Shown here in pieces: positions 10,767-20,277 of a stretch of 64,000 bases of DNA. Numbering within the stretch: position 1 is the stretch's first letter; the number at the start of each line of letters is the position of its first letter. Source of the stretch: Candidatus Gottesmanbacteria bacterium GW2011_GWC1_43_10 (lineage in GTDB: Bacteria; Patescibacteriota; Microgenomatia; UBA10105); contig LCEX01000002.1 in the NCBI GenBank assembly GCA_000995415.1, positions 19,232 through 83,231 on the forward strand, written 5' to 3'. Below the pieces are notes generated by a model that was given only the letters and a program-made list of their open reading frames with translations, had not been told where the DNA came from and searched no databases. The position numbers and the translations under genes were made by a program.

Positions 10767-12758
10767 ATGCCAAAATTTTGGCACTGGTTAGTCATAATTG
10801 TCTTGTATTTTATTGTTCCGGTTTTAGAAATCAGACTGTTCATCATCTTACTAACCGTGGGTTTTGGTCTGCAAAAAACTTGGGAACTCCCAAAATGGTC
10901 AACCTATCTTTTTCTGTGGTGTATTTTTTCCTTGGGCTTCATTTTGGCACCTTATTGGCAGGTGTTTAGTTGGTGGCCGCTTAAGTACTCTTTACTATTG
11001 ATACTTGTCGGTTTAGGCAGCATATGGGCCATGATAACGGCTAAAAAAATCACTTGGAAGGGCGGGAATTTTGATATTTGGCATATTGGTTTATTGACGT
11101 TTCTGATTTATTTGACTCATTTTGGTTTGGTTGCAGCTGATATTCCTTGGCAGGGTGATGAGGAATATCATGTGAATCGATTACTCGATATCTTCTCATA
11201 CTTTGCCTTTTATGGGCAAGATTGGCACTTTTACCTATTGCGTAATCCTTTTCTTGGGATTTTATTAACCGAAGCGTTGGTTATCAGTAGCATTTTATTT
11301 TTTAAAAAAATCCGCTTGTTCCAAAAAATTTCTCGTGCCAAAAATTATTGGATAGTAGTTGCGACATTGGTATTTCCAACTTTGGCTACCACGATATTTC
11401 CATCGACAGTTTTTAGTGATCAGACTGGCATTTTTAAATTGGCTGACATTATCCGCTATCCCTACTTACAACGCTGGTGGCAGTTTGTGTTGGTCTGGCC
11501 TTTTCCAGGGAAGATTCAGCTGTATCGGGCCTTGCCGTTTTTATCGCTACTGCTTATAGCCTGGATACTCTATTTCTGGTTTGCCAAAAAACTACCACAC
11601 AAACTTTTGGCGGTCGGATATGCCTATGCATTTACAACCATCCCGCTAATGACATTTTACGGAAGTTTATTGTACTTGGAGTTGCCGATAGTATTTATCA
11701 TGTTGATTTGTTTGTTTCAAATAAAAAATATTATTAGTCAACCGTACTCGATTCTCACCAAACAGCCAGTATGGTTGTGTTTAGTTATCCTGCCTTTTTT
11801 AAAAGAGACGACCATCATGTTTTTATTACTTGTAGTTGGAGTCCGGACAATTTTTCAGCAGTTTGTACTTTCCAAAAATCTGCGCCCCAAACGTTTTTTA
11901 CTAAGCGAGTTCTTGTTTGCAGTAAGCATCTTAAGCCCAGCTATTTTATATCTATTATTTAGAAAATATTTTTCCGGATTTCGTCCTTATGGCTGGCAAT
12001 TAGTAAATATTGTGACGTTGACCAACTATCTAGTATTGGGAAAAGCACTATTTTTGCAGTTCGGATTTCTGATGATATTTGGTGCAATCGGCGTGGTTTA
12101 TCTTGTCAAAAAAGACCCGTTTGGGTTAAAGCTCCAACTTCTATTTTTAGTCGGAAGTATAATTTTTTTCTTGGGAGATGAATGGGAATTTGTAGGTTAC
12201 TCGCGCTGGAATTTATTTCTGGTTCCGGGTATATTTTACTTCGTTTACCGTTTCGTGATTTCACAAAAGAAGCCGGCGCAGATTCTTTTACTTCTGATAC
12301 TGCTTATCTCAAACTCCTATTTCAGTCCGATCTGGAGAAACAGACTGCGGAAACCAAACTGGGGTTCACCAAACACTGGTAAAGCTGAATATATATTTCC
12401 ATATGACGAGACGCTAGGGTGGTTGAGCCAGGAGAACAAAACGAAACAAATGCTTTCTACCGGTTACTTTGATGACGTGGCTTACTTTGGATTTGATTTT
12501 TACTTTCGCAAATACCAATGGTTTCCACTTCTGACACAGATTCCTTTGGCTGATACACCATATACTGCTTACGAAGAGCCGGTTTTGTTTGAACAATTAT
12601 TAGAGCATTTGCAAACGCAAAATCTGGATATTGATACGATTGTTTACCAGTCTATCTACAATATAAAGCTTGATCCAAACAAAAGATATGGGACAAAATA
12701 TACGGTAATCAAAAAGTTTTCTAACGGCTTGCACACGATCTATGTCTTAAGGTCGTGA
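10767..12758 (+). CDS. Large polytopic membrane protein, GT-C-like (DE motif)
   Basis: About 660 aa and highly hydrophobic, with DIPWQGDEEYHVNR after an early TM. The ATG at 10767 is preferred because the TTG at 10704 would overlap the divergent gene's start. TGA stop at 12756-12758. Confidence 0.5.
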   Translation: MPKFWHWLVIIVLYFIVPVLEIRLFIILLTVGFGLQKTWELPKWSTYLFLWCIFSLGFILAPYWQVFSWWPLKYSLLLILVGLGSIWAMITAKKITWKGGNFDIWHIGLLTFLIYLTHFGLVAADIPWQGDEEYHVNRLLDIFSYFAFYGQDWHFYLLRNPFLGILLTEALVISSILFFKKIRLFQKISRAKNYWIVVATLVFPTLATTIFPSTVFSDQTGIFKLADIIRYPYLQRWWQFVLVWPFPGKIQLYRALPFLSLLLIAWILYFWFAKKLPHKLLAVGYAYAFTTIPLMTFYGSLLYLELPIVFIMLICLFQIKNIISQPYSILTKQPVWLCLVILPFLKETTIMFLLLVVGVRTIFQQFVLSKNLRPKRFLLSEFLFAVSILSPAILYLLFRKYFSGFRPYGWQLVNIVTLTNYLVLGKALFLQFGFLMIFGAIGVVYLVKKDPFGLKLQLLFLVGSIIFFLGDEWEFVGYSRWNLFLVPGIFYFVYRFVISQKKPAQILLLLILLISNSYFSPIWRNRLRKPNWGSPNTGKAEYIFPYDETLGWLSQENKTKQMLSTGYFDDVAYFGFDFYFRKYQWFPLLTQIPLADTPYTAYEEPVLFEQLLEHLQTQNLDIDTIVYQSIYNIKLDPNKRYGTKYTVIKKFSNGLHTIYVLRS

Positions 12759-13868
12759 CGATTTTTTTAGCCTAAAAAACTCATGAATAGTTGCCGCAAT
12801 ATATTTGATTTCAGTCTGTTTTAATTCAGGAAACATCGGTAAGGAAAGAAGGCGCTTACTCGTTCCTTCGGCTATCGGAAAATCTCCGCGTTTATGACCT
12901 TGGGCTAAAAATGGCCGGGTGAGATGTAAGGGAACTGGATAGTGGATGCCGGTGGCGATACCACGCGAGCGCAAAAATTTCTGCAATTGGTGGCGATGGG
13001 GCGTAGTTATGGCAAAGATGTGGTAAACATGGGTAGTAAAGTCAGCAGGTTTCGGAAGTTGTAACTGAGTGAGTTGTTGCAAAAGTTCAATATAGAAAAG
13101 ACTATGTTTTTGGCGTAATCGGTTCCAATTCACGAGGTGTTTCAATTTAAAGTTGAGGATAGCCGCTTGGAGCGTGTCCAAACGGCTGTTAAACCCAAAA
13201 ACTTCATGAGTATATTTTTGACTGGCGCCGTGGTTTCGGAAACGACGGACTTTTGCTGCAATCAGAGCGTTATCAGTCACCACTATGCCGCCATCGCCAA
13301 ACCCACCCAGATTTTTGCTAGGGTAAAAACTGAAAGCGCCGGTTTCAGAGTAGGGAACCAGCTTACCTTTGTAGCGGGCGCCATGTGCTTGACAGCAGTC
13401 TTCAATGATTTTTAAGTGATATTTCTGAGCCAGTAGAAGTAGCGGATCCATGTCAGTCGGTTGGCCGAATAAGTGTATCGGGATAATAGCCCGTGTGCGG
13501 GAAGTGACTTTTTTAGCTACTTGTTGCGGATTGAGGGTGTAAGTAGCCGGATCAATATCAGCAAAAATGACTTTGGCGCCGGTGGCGTGGATGGCTTCAA
13601 CTGTAGCAAAGAAAGTGTTGGGGGCGGTGATCACTTCATCGCCACGACCGATGCCGTAGGCTATAAGTGATAAAAGTAAAGCATCGGTGCCGGAGTTGAC
13701 ACCAACCGCGTATTTTTTGCCACAAAAAGCAGCAAAGGTAGATTCAAAAACATTTACCTCACTACCGGCAATAAAATTAGCTTCTTTTACGACTCCAGCA
13801 ATTATCTTTGAATAATTGCGAAAAAGTAATTTATTTTGTCTTGCCAGATCGACGAACTCGATTTGCAT
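12747..13868 (-). CDS. DegT/DnrJ/EryC1/StrS-family PLP-dependent sugar aminotransferase (WbpE-like)
   Basis: N-terminus IEFVDLARQ, SGTDALLLSL, and the PLP-lysine region SFYPSKNLGGFGDGG. Confidence 0.9.
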   Translation of the reverse strand: MQIEFVDLARQNKLLFRNYSKIIAGVVKEANFIAGSEVNVFESTFAAFCGKKYAVGVNSGTDALLLSLIAYGIGRGDEVITAPNTFFATVEAIHATGAKVIFADIDPATYTLNPQQVAKKVTSRTRAIIPIHLFGQPTDMDPLLLLAQKYHLKIIEDCCQAHGARYKGKLVPYSETGAFSFYPSKNLGGFGDGGIVVTDNALIAAKVRRFRNHGASQKYTHEVFGFNSRLDTLQAAILNFKLKHLVNWNRLRQKHSLFYIELLQQLTQLQLPKPADFTTHVYHIFAITTPHRHQLQKFLRSRGIATGIHYPVPLHLTRPFLAQGHKRGDFPIAEGTSKRLLSLPMFPELKQTEIKYIAATIHEFFRLKKSSRP

Positions 13869-14370
13869 ATTCGACTGGAAAATTTTTTTGGTATTTTTTG
13901 TCGTTGACGCGACCTATGATCCTTGCCGGGTTTCCGGCAACTATAGCATAAGGGGCGACACTTTTTACAACCACCGCTCCCATACCAATCACCGCATGAT
14001 GGCCTAGTTTTATATCCGGACCAATGATGGCTCCGCCGCCGATAGTGACATGGTGGGCGATTCGTGCGGGTTGAGGGACATATTTATTTTGGAATATTTT
14101 GGCTGTGGTCGGATATTTATCGTTCAAAATTAGGACATGGGGTCCGATAAATACGTCATCACTAATTTCCGTCATTTCGGAAATGAAGATAAAAGACTGT
14201 AATCGGCAGCGGCGGCCGATAGTTACACCGGGTTTGACTTCGCAAAAACTGCCGACTTGAGTGTCATCGCCGATTTGCACTGGATACTTGCGAGTTCCAT
14301 AAATATTTGAGTGATGCCAGATTTTAACGTTTCCCCCGAGGTGTACAAATTTATTTCTTATGATATTCAT
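13831..14370 (-). CDS. Hexapeptide-repeat (left-handed beta-helix) sugar N-acetyltransferase (WbpD/PglD-like)
   Basis: Repeating [LIV]G-x4 hexapeptides (IGDDTQVGSFCEVKPGVTIGRRCRL...IGGGAIIGPDIKLGHHAVIGMGAVV). Confidence 0.85.
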   Translation of the reverse strand: MNIIRNKFVHLGGNVKIWHHSNIYGTRKYPVQIGDDTQVGSFCEVKPGVTIGRRCRLQSFIFISEMTEISDDVFIGPHVLILNDKYPTTAKIFQNKYVPQPARIAHHVTIGGGAIIGPDIKLGHHAVIGMGAVVVKSVAPYAIVAGNPARIIGRVNDKKYQKNFPVEYANRVRRSGKTK

Positions 14371-14392
14371 GTAAAGTATTATAATACACGAG

Positions 14393-15763
14393 ATGAAAAA
14401 AAGACTCCCCAGTTCTTACAAAGACCCAAGCGGTTTCGTTTTTAAATATAAACACCGGCTTTACCGTGAAGTAAATAAAAGTTACAAACGCGATTACGAT
14501 TTTTTAATGCAAAGCGGTTTGTATAAAGCTTTAGTTGAGAAGGAGTTACTTATTTCTCATGTTGAAGTTCATTCAAAAAAACTGATGTCCGGCCAAACTT
14601 ACAAAATACTTCAGCCGGAGACGATACCATTTATTTCTTATCCTTATGAATGGTGTTTTGGTCAGTTAAAGTCTGCGGCTCTGGCGACATTAGAAATAGA
14701 ACGACTGGCTTTAACCCACGGGATGACTCTCAAAGATGCTTCAGCTTTCAATTTGCAATTTAAAGCCAACCGTCCGGTTTTGATTGATACACTGTCTTTT
14801 GAAATTTATACCCCAGGGAAACCTTGGGTAGCTTACAAACAATTTTGTGAACAGTTTTTGTTGCCGCTGGCATTGGCAGCTTATGTCGATGTGCGTTTAA
14901 TTAAGTTACTTCAGTTGTATCTTTTGGGGATTCCGTTTGACATGGCAGTGCCTTTATTGCCGCTTAGCTCGCGTCTAAATCCTGGGTTACTCCTGCACAT
15001 CTATTTCCACGGACAAAATTACACAAAAAGGGTACCCAAAAACTTATCTCCCAAACTCAAATTTTCTCAAACTGCACTTTTGGGGTTAGTCGAAAGTTTG
15101 GAATCAACAGTCAAAAGTTTGACTGTCAAAAAACGGTCTTCAAATTGGGAAAATTATTACCACAAATTCTCCTATACTTCCCGGGCTTTTGCTGCAAAAA
15201 AACAAATAATCAAAAAAATTATCCAAAAATATAAGCCCCAGACAGTTTGGGATATGGGTGCCAACACTGGTGAATTCAGTCAGTTGATAGCCGAAGACGT
15301 GGATTTTATCTTGGCGCTAGATAATGATGGTCGGGCAACGGAGAAACATTATGACAGATGTTTGGTTACTGGAAGCACTCGCGTTTTGCCCCTGATCGTG
15401 GATATCACCAACCCTACAGCTGCAATCGGATGGGCGAATCAGGAGCGTTTGTCACTAGTTGAGCGGGGGTCGGCAGAGATGGTTTTGGCTTTGGCTTTAG
15501 TGCATCATCTGGCTATCAGTTACAATCTGCCTTTTTCAGATATAGCCCGTTATTTCAGGGATTTGGGAAGGATGCTGGTAATTGAATTTGTTCCTAGGCC
15601 GGATCCTGAGATTTCGGAAATGTTGAAATTCAGAAAAGATATATTTAAAGATTATTCAAAAGAAAACTTTTCCGCTGCGTTTAAACAGTATTTTTCTATT
15701 GTTAGTATTCATCCAATTTTGGAGTCAGATCGGGTTATTTATTTAATGCGCCGAAAAAAGTGA
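14393..15763 (+). CDS. Two-domain protein with C-terminal class I SAM-methyltransferase domain
   Basis: C-terminal half VWDMGANTGEFS...ILALDND and LALALVHHL. The N-terminal ~230 aa are of unknown fold. Confidence 0.55.
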   Translation: MKKRLPSSYKDPSGFVFKYKHRLYREVNKSYKRDYDFLMQSGLYKALVEKELLISHVEVHSKKLMSGQTYKILQPETIPFISYPYEWCFGQLKSAALATLEIERLALTHGMTLKDASAFNLQFKANRPVLIDTLSFEIYTPGKPWVAYKQFCEQFLLPLALAAYVDVRLIKLLQLYLLGIPFDMAVPLLPLSSRLNPGLLLHIYFHGQNYTKRVPKNLSPKLKFSQTALLGLVESLESTVKSLTVKKRSSNWENYYHKFSYTSRAFAAKKQIIKKIIQKYKPQTVWDMGANTGEFSQLIAEDVDFILALDNDGRATEKHYDRCLVTGSTRVLPLIVDITNPTAAIGWANQERLSLVERGSAEMVLALALVHHLAISYNLPFSDIARYFRDLGRMLVIEFVPRPDPEISEMLKFRKDIFKDYSKENFSAAFKQYFSIVSIHPILESDRVIYLMRRKK

Positions 15764-17313
15764 AAAAAATACATATCTGGCACCCGTTTTTGTTTGCGAT
15801 ATTTCCGGTGGTGTTTTTATATGCACGAAATGTCAAAGAAGTGCCTATGGATCAGGTTTTTTTGCCACTCGTAGTAGTCACGGGAGCCACGCTGGTTCTA
15901 AATTGGTTGGGCAAGATTTTTGTCAAATCGACAGCCAAGCGGGCGCTCGTATTGTCGCTGTTTCTGTTGCTTTTCTTTTCTTACGGTAGCGTTTTAGATA
16001 TGGTTCGCGGTCGGAACTTAGACAATTGGTGGGTCAGCGGTTATGTGGTTTTCCCGGTGATGAGCGGATTATATCTCTTGGCTTGTTGGTGGTTGTGGCG
16101 GACGAGAAGCAAATTAAGTCAACTAACCAGATTTATGAATTTGATGGGGATGACTTTGGTTTTAATTTCACTATTGCAAATAGGCTGGTTTTGGTGGCGT
16201 TTTATAGTCAAGAGCCCGGAAACTTTAAAAAAGGCGCAATCAACCTCGATCGCTCCTTCTTCCCAAGTCAGCCCGGATATTTATTATCTGATTTTTGATC
16301 GTTATGGCCGAGACGATATTTTGCGTGAAGTTTACGATTTTGATAATCAGGAATTTACTAATTGGCTAGAGCAGCAAGGATTTTACATCGCTAGAAAGAG
16401 CTTAGCTAATTACCTGAAAACCGGACATTCCTTAGCGTCTTCATTAAACATGAAATACTTAAATTTTTTAGAAGGACAATTTGGGCGGGAGTCCCAATTT
16501 TTTTTACCACTTTACGATTTGCTGCAAAATCACCAAGTTGGCCAGTTCTTAAAAGCGCGGGGCTATACATACGTCCATCTGGGTTCTTTTTGGGCGCATA
16601 CGGCTCATAATAACTTTGCCGATATCAATTACAATAAATATCCGTTGCCTGAATTTACCATATTGCTTTATAAGACCACCGTTTTGTATCCACTGGCCTC
16701 ACGTTTAAATATTTTTGACGATCATAAACTGGAATGGGAACGAGTTCAGTTTAGTTTGCAAAAACTGGAAGACTTGGCGTCTATACCTGGGCCAAAATTT
16801 GTTTTTGCCCATATTTTGGTGCCGCACGATCCGTTTGTCTTTGCCCCTGATGGACGTTACCAAACACCAGCAGAGATTTCCAGTAAATCTTACCGTGACG
16901 GTTATGTCGGGCAGATCCAATTTATTAATTCCCAAATCAAGTCAGTAGTAAATACATTACTTAACAAATCTAAGACGGCGCCGATCATCGTCATCCAAAG
17001 CGATGAAGGTATTTTCCCGAAGAGGTATTTGGAAAGACAACTGGCCGGGAGTGACGATTTTAGTTGGGAAACTGCAAACCGTGAAGAATTGATCCAAAAA
17101 ATGGCGATCCTAAATGCTTATTACGTGCCTTATTTAGATATAAAAGATAAATTGTATCCGACCATCACACCAGTAAATTCATTCAGGCTGATTTTAAGTG
17201 AATTGTTTGCGGCTGATTTACCGCTTTTGCCTGATAAGCAATATATTTTCCGCGACGATTTGCATCCTTACACGTTTAGTGAAGTTACTAACTTAGTTCT
17301 TCAATCCAACTAA
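15760..17313 (+). CDS. Membrane-anchored alkaline-phosphatase-superfamily (sulfatase/LtaS/phosphotransferase-like) enzyme
   Basis: N-terminal ~5 TM helices, then an extracytoplasmic domain with IYYLIFDRYGRDD and HILVPHDPFVFAPDG (H-x-P-H sulfatase-type metal site). Confidence 0.5.
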   Translation: MKKIHIWHPFLFAIFPVVFLYARNVKEVPMDQVFLPLVVVTGATLVLNWLGKIFVKSTAKRALVLSLFLLLFFSYGSVLDMVRGRNLDNWWVSGYVVFPVMSGLYLLACWWLWRTRSKLSQLTRFMNLMGMTLVLISLLQIGWFWWRFIVKSPETLKKAQSTSIAPSSQVSPDIYYLIFDRYGRDDILREVYDFDNQEFTNWLEQQGFYIARKSLANYLKTGHSLASSLNMKYLNFLEGQFGRESQFFLPLYDLLQNHQVGQFLKARGYTYVHLGSFWAHTAHNNFADINYNKYPLPEFTILLYKTTVLYPLASRLNIFDDHKLEWERVQFSLQKLEDLASIPGPKFVFAHILVPHDPFVFAPDGRYQTPAEISSKSYRDGYVGQIQFINSQIKSVVNTLLNKSKTAPIIVIQSDEGIFPKRYLERQLAGSDDFSWETANREELIQKMAILNAYYVPYLDIKDKLYPTITPVNSFRLILSELFAADLPLLPDKQYIFRDDLHPYTFSEVTNLVLQSN

Positions 17314-17364
17314 AAGGTGAGGGAGTTTACCAACGAGGCGGATTCATAGTACTATATATAAGGC

Positions 17365-20229
17365 ATGAAGTTCTTATTTAGAATCGGTTCACTACTATTA
17401 CACATAGTTGCTTTAGTTTTGGTAGGTATTTCCTTCTGGCCAGTAGCAACTTGGTATTTCAACCATCGGCCTATCCTGGGAGTAGATTTTTATAATACAG
17501 TGACTTTTGTCAGGTTCCTCAAGGAAAACTTGGAAATTTTGCCCCGGGGATATTTATATTTTTGGTTTGCTGGTTCACCCATCGATACGGTTCAAGTTTT
17601 GAGCTGGTTTTATCCGATGGCATTTGTCGCCAAGTTTTATCCACTGATTGAAACGGTGAAATTTTTTGCGCTCGCTGGTTTTGGCGGGTTACTTTTTTTC
17701 CTGTATCTTACGGCTTATCGGTTGAGTCGCAATCATTTACTGTCGGCATTGATTACGGCTATGGTTGCTATGAGCGCCAATATGTACGGTTCCCTTACCT
17801 GGGGTGGGAGTTTACCTTACTTTTTAAATCAATTGTATTTTCCACTCATGTTGTGGCTGATGGCCAGTTATTTAGCTTCTGGTAACTCACGGTGGTACTG
17901 GGCGGGGGTACTGGTTTTGGGCTTGGCTTATTTAGGTCATTTGGCCAATGCCGGGGCCTTTGTGTTTCCGGCCGCCGCCGCGCCCCTTTTCTTCGGGATG
18001 CGGGCAAGGAGGGTAAAAATCGGCCAAAGAATCGGCGAAGTCATAGTGCTTTTTCTTGGTGGTTATTTGCTGGCTTATCGGGTGACACAGGGTTTCTTAA
18101 GCGGTCTTATCGTGCATTTTTTGGAGGGCAAAATCTTAAATCCCTATGGCTTGGGTGCAACCGTGGGTAAAATCGGTATTAGTAAAGAAGGCATTTCAGT
18201 CAGCGGAGATCAGACCCTGATTACTGTAGAACGCAGCCATTTCGCGGTTTTATTCAGTGATACAAATAAGTTGTTGTTTTGGTTGATAGCAGTGGCAGTG
18301 GGAGCATTGGTCTTGGGTTTTTTGTTGGATCGACACAAAAAAAGGATTTTTTCAATACTGCCCTGGGTGATTTTGGCAGGTTATTCAGTGGTGCATGTAC
18401 TGGCTAATGCCTACGGGTTTCCGATTTTGCCACAGGCTTGGTATCGGGCTTTTTGGCATTTTCCGATTTCCCTGGGAGTGGCGATTGCAGCAAGCGCGGG
18501 TTATTTACACAGCGCATTTACTTCGCGGAGCAAATTTGGTGGACAAATAGCCTTCTCAATTATTACGCTTGCCGCAATTGGCGGACTTATTATGCTCCAA
18601 AGTGGAGGAGTTGCCCAAAATACAATCAGCCTGCTTGAACAAAAATCATCGCCTGCGAGCGCTCATCCAGAAGCAATTAATTTGGTCAGAAACCAAGCCG
18701 AACTAGATGAGTTAAAATCGAAACTTATCCCAACTTGGCTGGATATAACTAATAAAAACTACCGTTTGTATACCTCGGATGCTCAGGTAAACGTGTGGTG
18801 GAATGCCCTCTTTGATTTGCCGTTGGTTCGGGGATATTTGGATCCGCCGGTGGGCACCGGGTTCCAAGGAAACCACTTTTTACTTGATCAAGCCATAGCC
18901 GGGGATGGATTGGTGACCAACTTTAAATATAGTGAAAGTGCAGCCAGACAAATGGCTCTTTACTATATAGATTGGTATGGAGTCAGATATGCCGAAGGCG
19001 GGCATTTATCCAAATCTCCCAACAAAGGCCCATCAAGTTATTTAACTGATTTGCTGGTGCAAACGGAAGATGTCGAAATCCCTGGGGCGTATCTTTTGTA
19101 TGAAACCAAGTCAGGTAAACCAGAAGTCAGGGAAGATGTGGGACAATTTTTGAAGTATTATAAATTTACCGACCAGATAGTTTCGCCTATATTATCCGGA
19201 TCAAATGCTCCAGTCGTCGTGTGTATGTGTGATTGGGCAGCTTATGAAAGTTTGACCAAAATTTTGTCACTGCACAATCTAAATTCTAGATTTTTGGTGA
19301 CTTTGTTTGCTGATAAAAACATTGATGATTTTACTAGAGATGAACTACGTCAATTTGACGGATTGATCTTATCCAACTATCGTTACAAACAAAAAAATCG
19401 GGTCTTTACTTTGCTTACAGATTATGTCGAGGCTGGAGGCAAACTATTCATAGATACGGGAGGTGAAACCCCCGAGGGACAAAGCAATAATATTCCAGAA
19501 CTTCTGCCATTTCGCTCCACCGAGCGCCGGGGGTTAGGAAAAGAATGGGATTTGACACCAACAGCCGCAGACATATTTTCCGGCATTGATCTGACGGCAC
19601 TAGCACCCCCGGTGTTTAGTGAAGCCGAGTGGAAATTTTCCTATCCGACAAGTGATGTAAAATCTGACGCCAAAATATTACTTCGGCAAAAGGGTAAACC
19701 GATTTTGATTTCTACCAAATTTGGTCAGGGAATCGTTTTGTGGAGCGGAATGAATTTGGCTTATCACGTACAGTATTATACCAATCAAGTTGAAAGCCAA
19801 CTTTACATAAATTTGCTAAAGCAAATGTTGTCATTATCCGAACGCCCGCCGGTTTTGGGGTCAGCGCAGTTTAAAAACGCCCGACAAGTCAATTTTTCAC
19901 CCGAAGGTACTACGCGGGGAATTTTATTTAAGGAGGAGTTTTTTGACAACTGGCAAGTAAAAATAGATGGGCGTCGGGTCAAGGCCTATGCTGCTGGTCC
20001 ATCTTTCCCAGGATTTATATATGTGCCTTCGACCCAAGCTGGTCAGGTGAGTTTTACCTACAATGGCAATAGTCGCGATTATATGATTTGGTTTATGTCG
20101 AGCTTGATGATAATCATTCTTTTAGATCTATCATTTTTTCATGGAGTACTTATTGGTGTTCACATATCACACTTGGCCCAAAAGTCTCAAAAATGGATGG
20201 GTAAGTGGTGGGAAAAAGAAGAAGAATAA
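17365..20229 (+). CDS. Large (~950 aa) polytopic membrane protein, paralog 1 of an uncharacterised GT-C-like family
   Basis: N-terminal half has about 13 TM helices and the C-terminal ~480 aa are soluble. Conserved block YRLYTSDAQVNVWWNALFDLPLVRGYLDPPV lies just after the last TM. Ends in a W-rich acidic tail (WMGKWWEKEEE). Confidence 0.6.
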   Translation: MKFLFRIGSLLLHIVALVLVGISFWPVATWYFNHRPILGVDFYNTVTFVRFLKENLEILPRGYLYFWFAGSPIDTVQVLSWFYPMAFVAKFYPLIETVKFFALAGFGGLLFFLYLTAYRLSRNHLLSALITAMVAMSANMYGSLTWGGSLPYFLNQLYFPLMLWLMASYLASGNSRWYWAGVLVLGLAYLGHLANAGAFVFPAAAAPLFFGMRARRVKIGQRIGEVIVLFLGGYLLAYRVTQGFLSGLIVHFLEGKILNPYGLGATVGKIGISKEGISVSGDQTLITVERSHFAVLFSDTNKLLFWLIAVAVGALVLGFLLDRHKKRIFSILPWVILAGYSVVHVLANAYGFPILPQAWYRAFWHFPISLGVAIAASAGYLHSAFTSRSKFGGQIAFSIITLAAIGGLIMLQSGGVAQNTISLLEQKSSPASAHPEAINLVRNQAELDELKSKLIPTWLDITNKNYRLYTSDAQVNVWWNALFDLPLVRGYLDPPVGTGFQGNHFLLDQAIAGDGLVTNFKYSESAARQMALYYIDWYGVRYAEGGHLSKSPNKGPSSYLTDLLVQTEDVEIPGAYLLYETKSGKPEVREDVGQFLKYYKFTDQIVSPILSGSNAPVVVCMCDWAAYESLTKILSLHNLNSRFLVTLFADKNIDDFTRDELRQFDGLILSNYRYKQKNRVFTLLTDYVEAGGKLFIDTGGETPEGQSNNIPELLPFRSTERRGLGKEWDLTPTAADIFSGIDLTALAPPVFSEAEWKFSYPTSDVKSDAKILLRQKGKPILISTKFGQGIVLWSGMNLAYHVQYYTNQVESQLYINLLKQMLSLSERPPVLGSAQFKNARQVNFSPEGTTRGILFKEEFFDNWQVKIDGRRVKAYAAGPSFPGFIYVPSTQAGQVSFTYNGNSRDYMIWFMSSLMIIILLDLSFFHGVLIGVHISHLAQKSQKWMGKWWEKEEE

Positions 20230-20232
20230 AAG

Positions 20233-20264
20233 TAGCTTAGTTGCTTAGTTACTTAGAAGTTTAG
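20233..20264 (+). repeat. 8-nt periodic CTTAG repeat in the spacer between the tandem paralogs
   Basis: AGCTTAGT-TGCTTAGT-TACTTAGA-AGTTTAGA. Confidence 0.5.
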
Positions 20265-20277
20265 AATTTTGAAGTTA

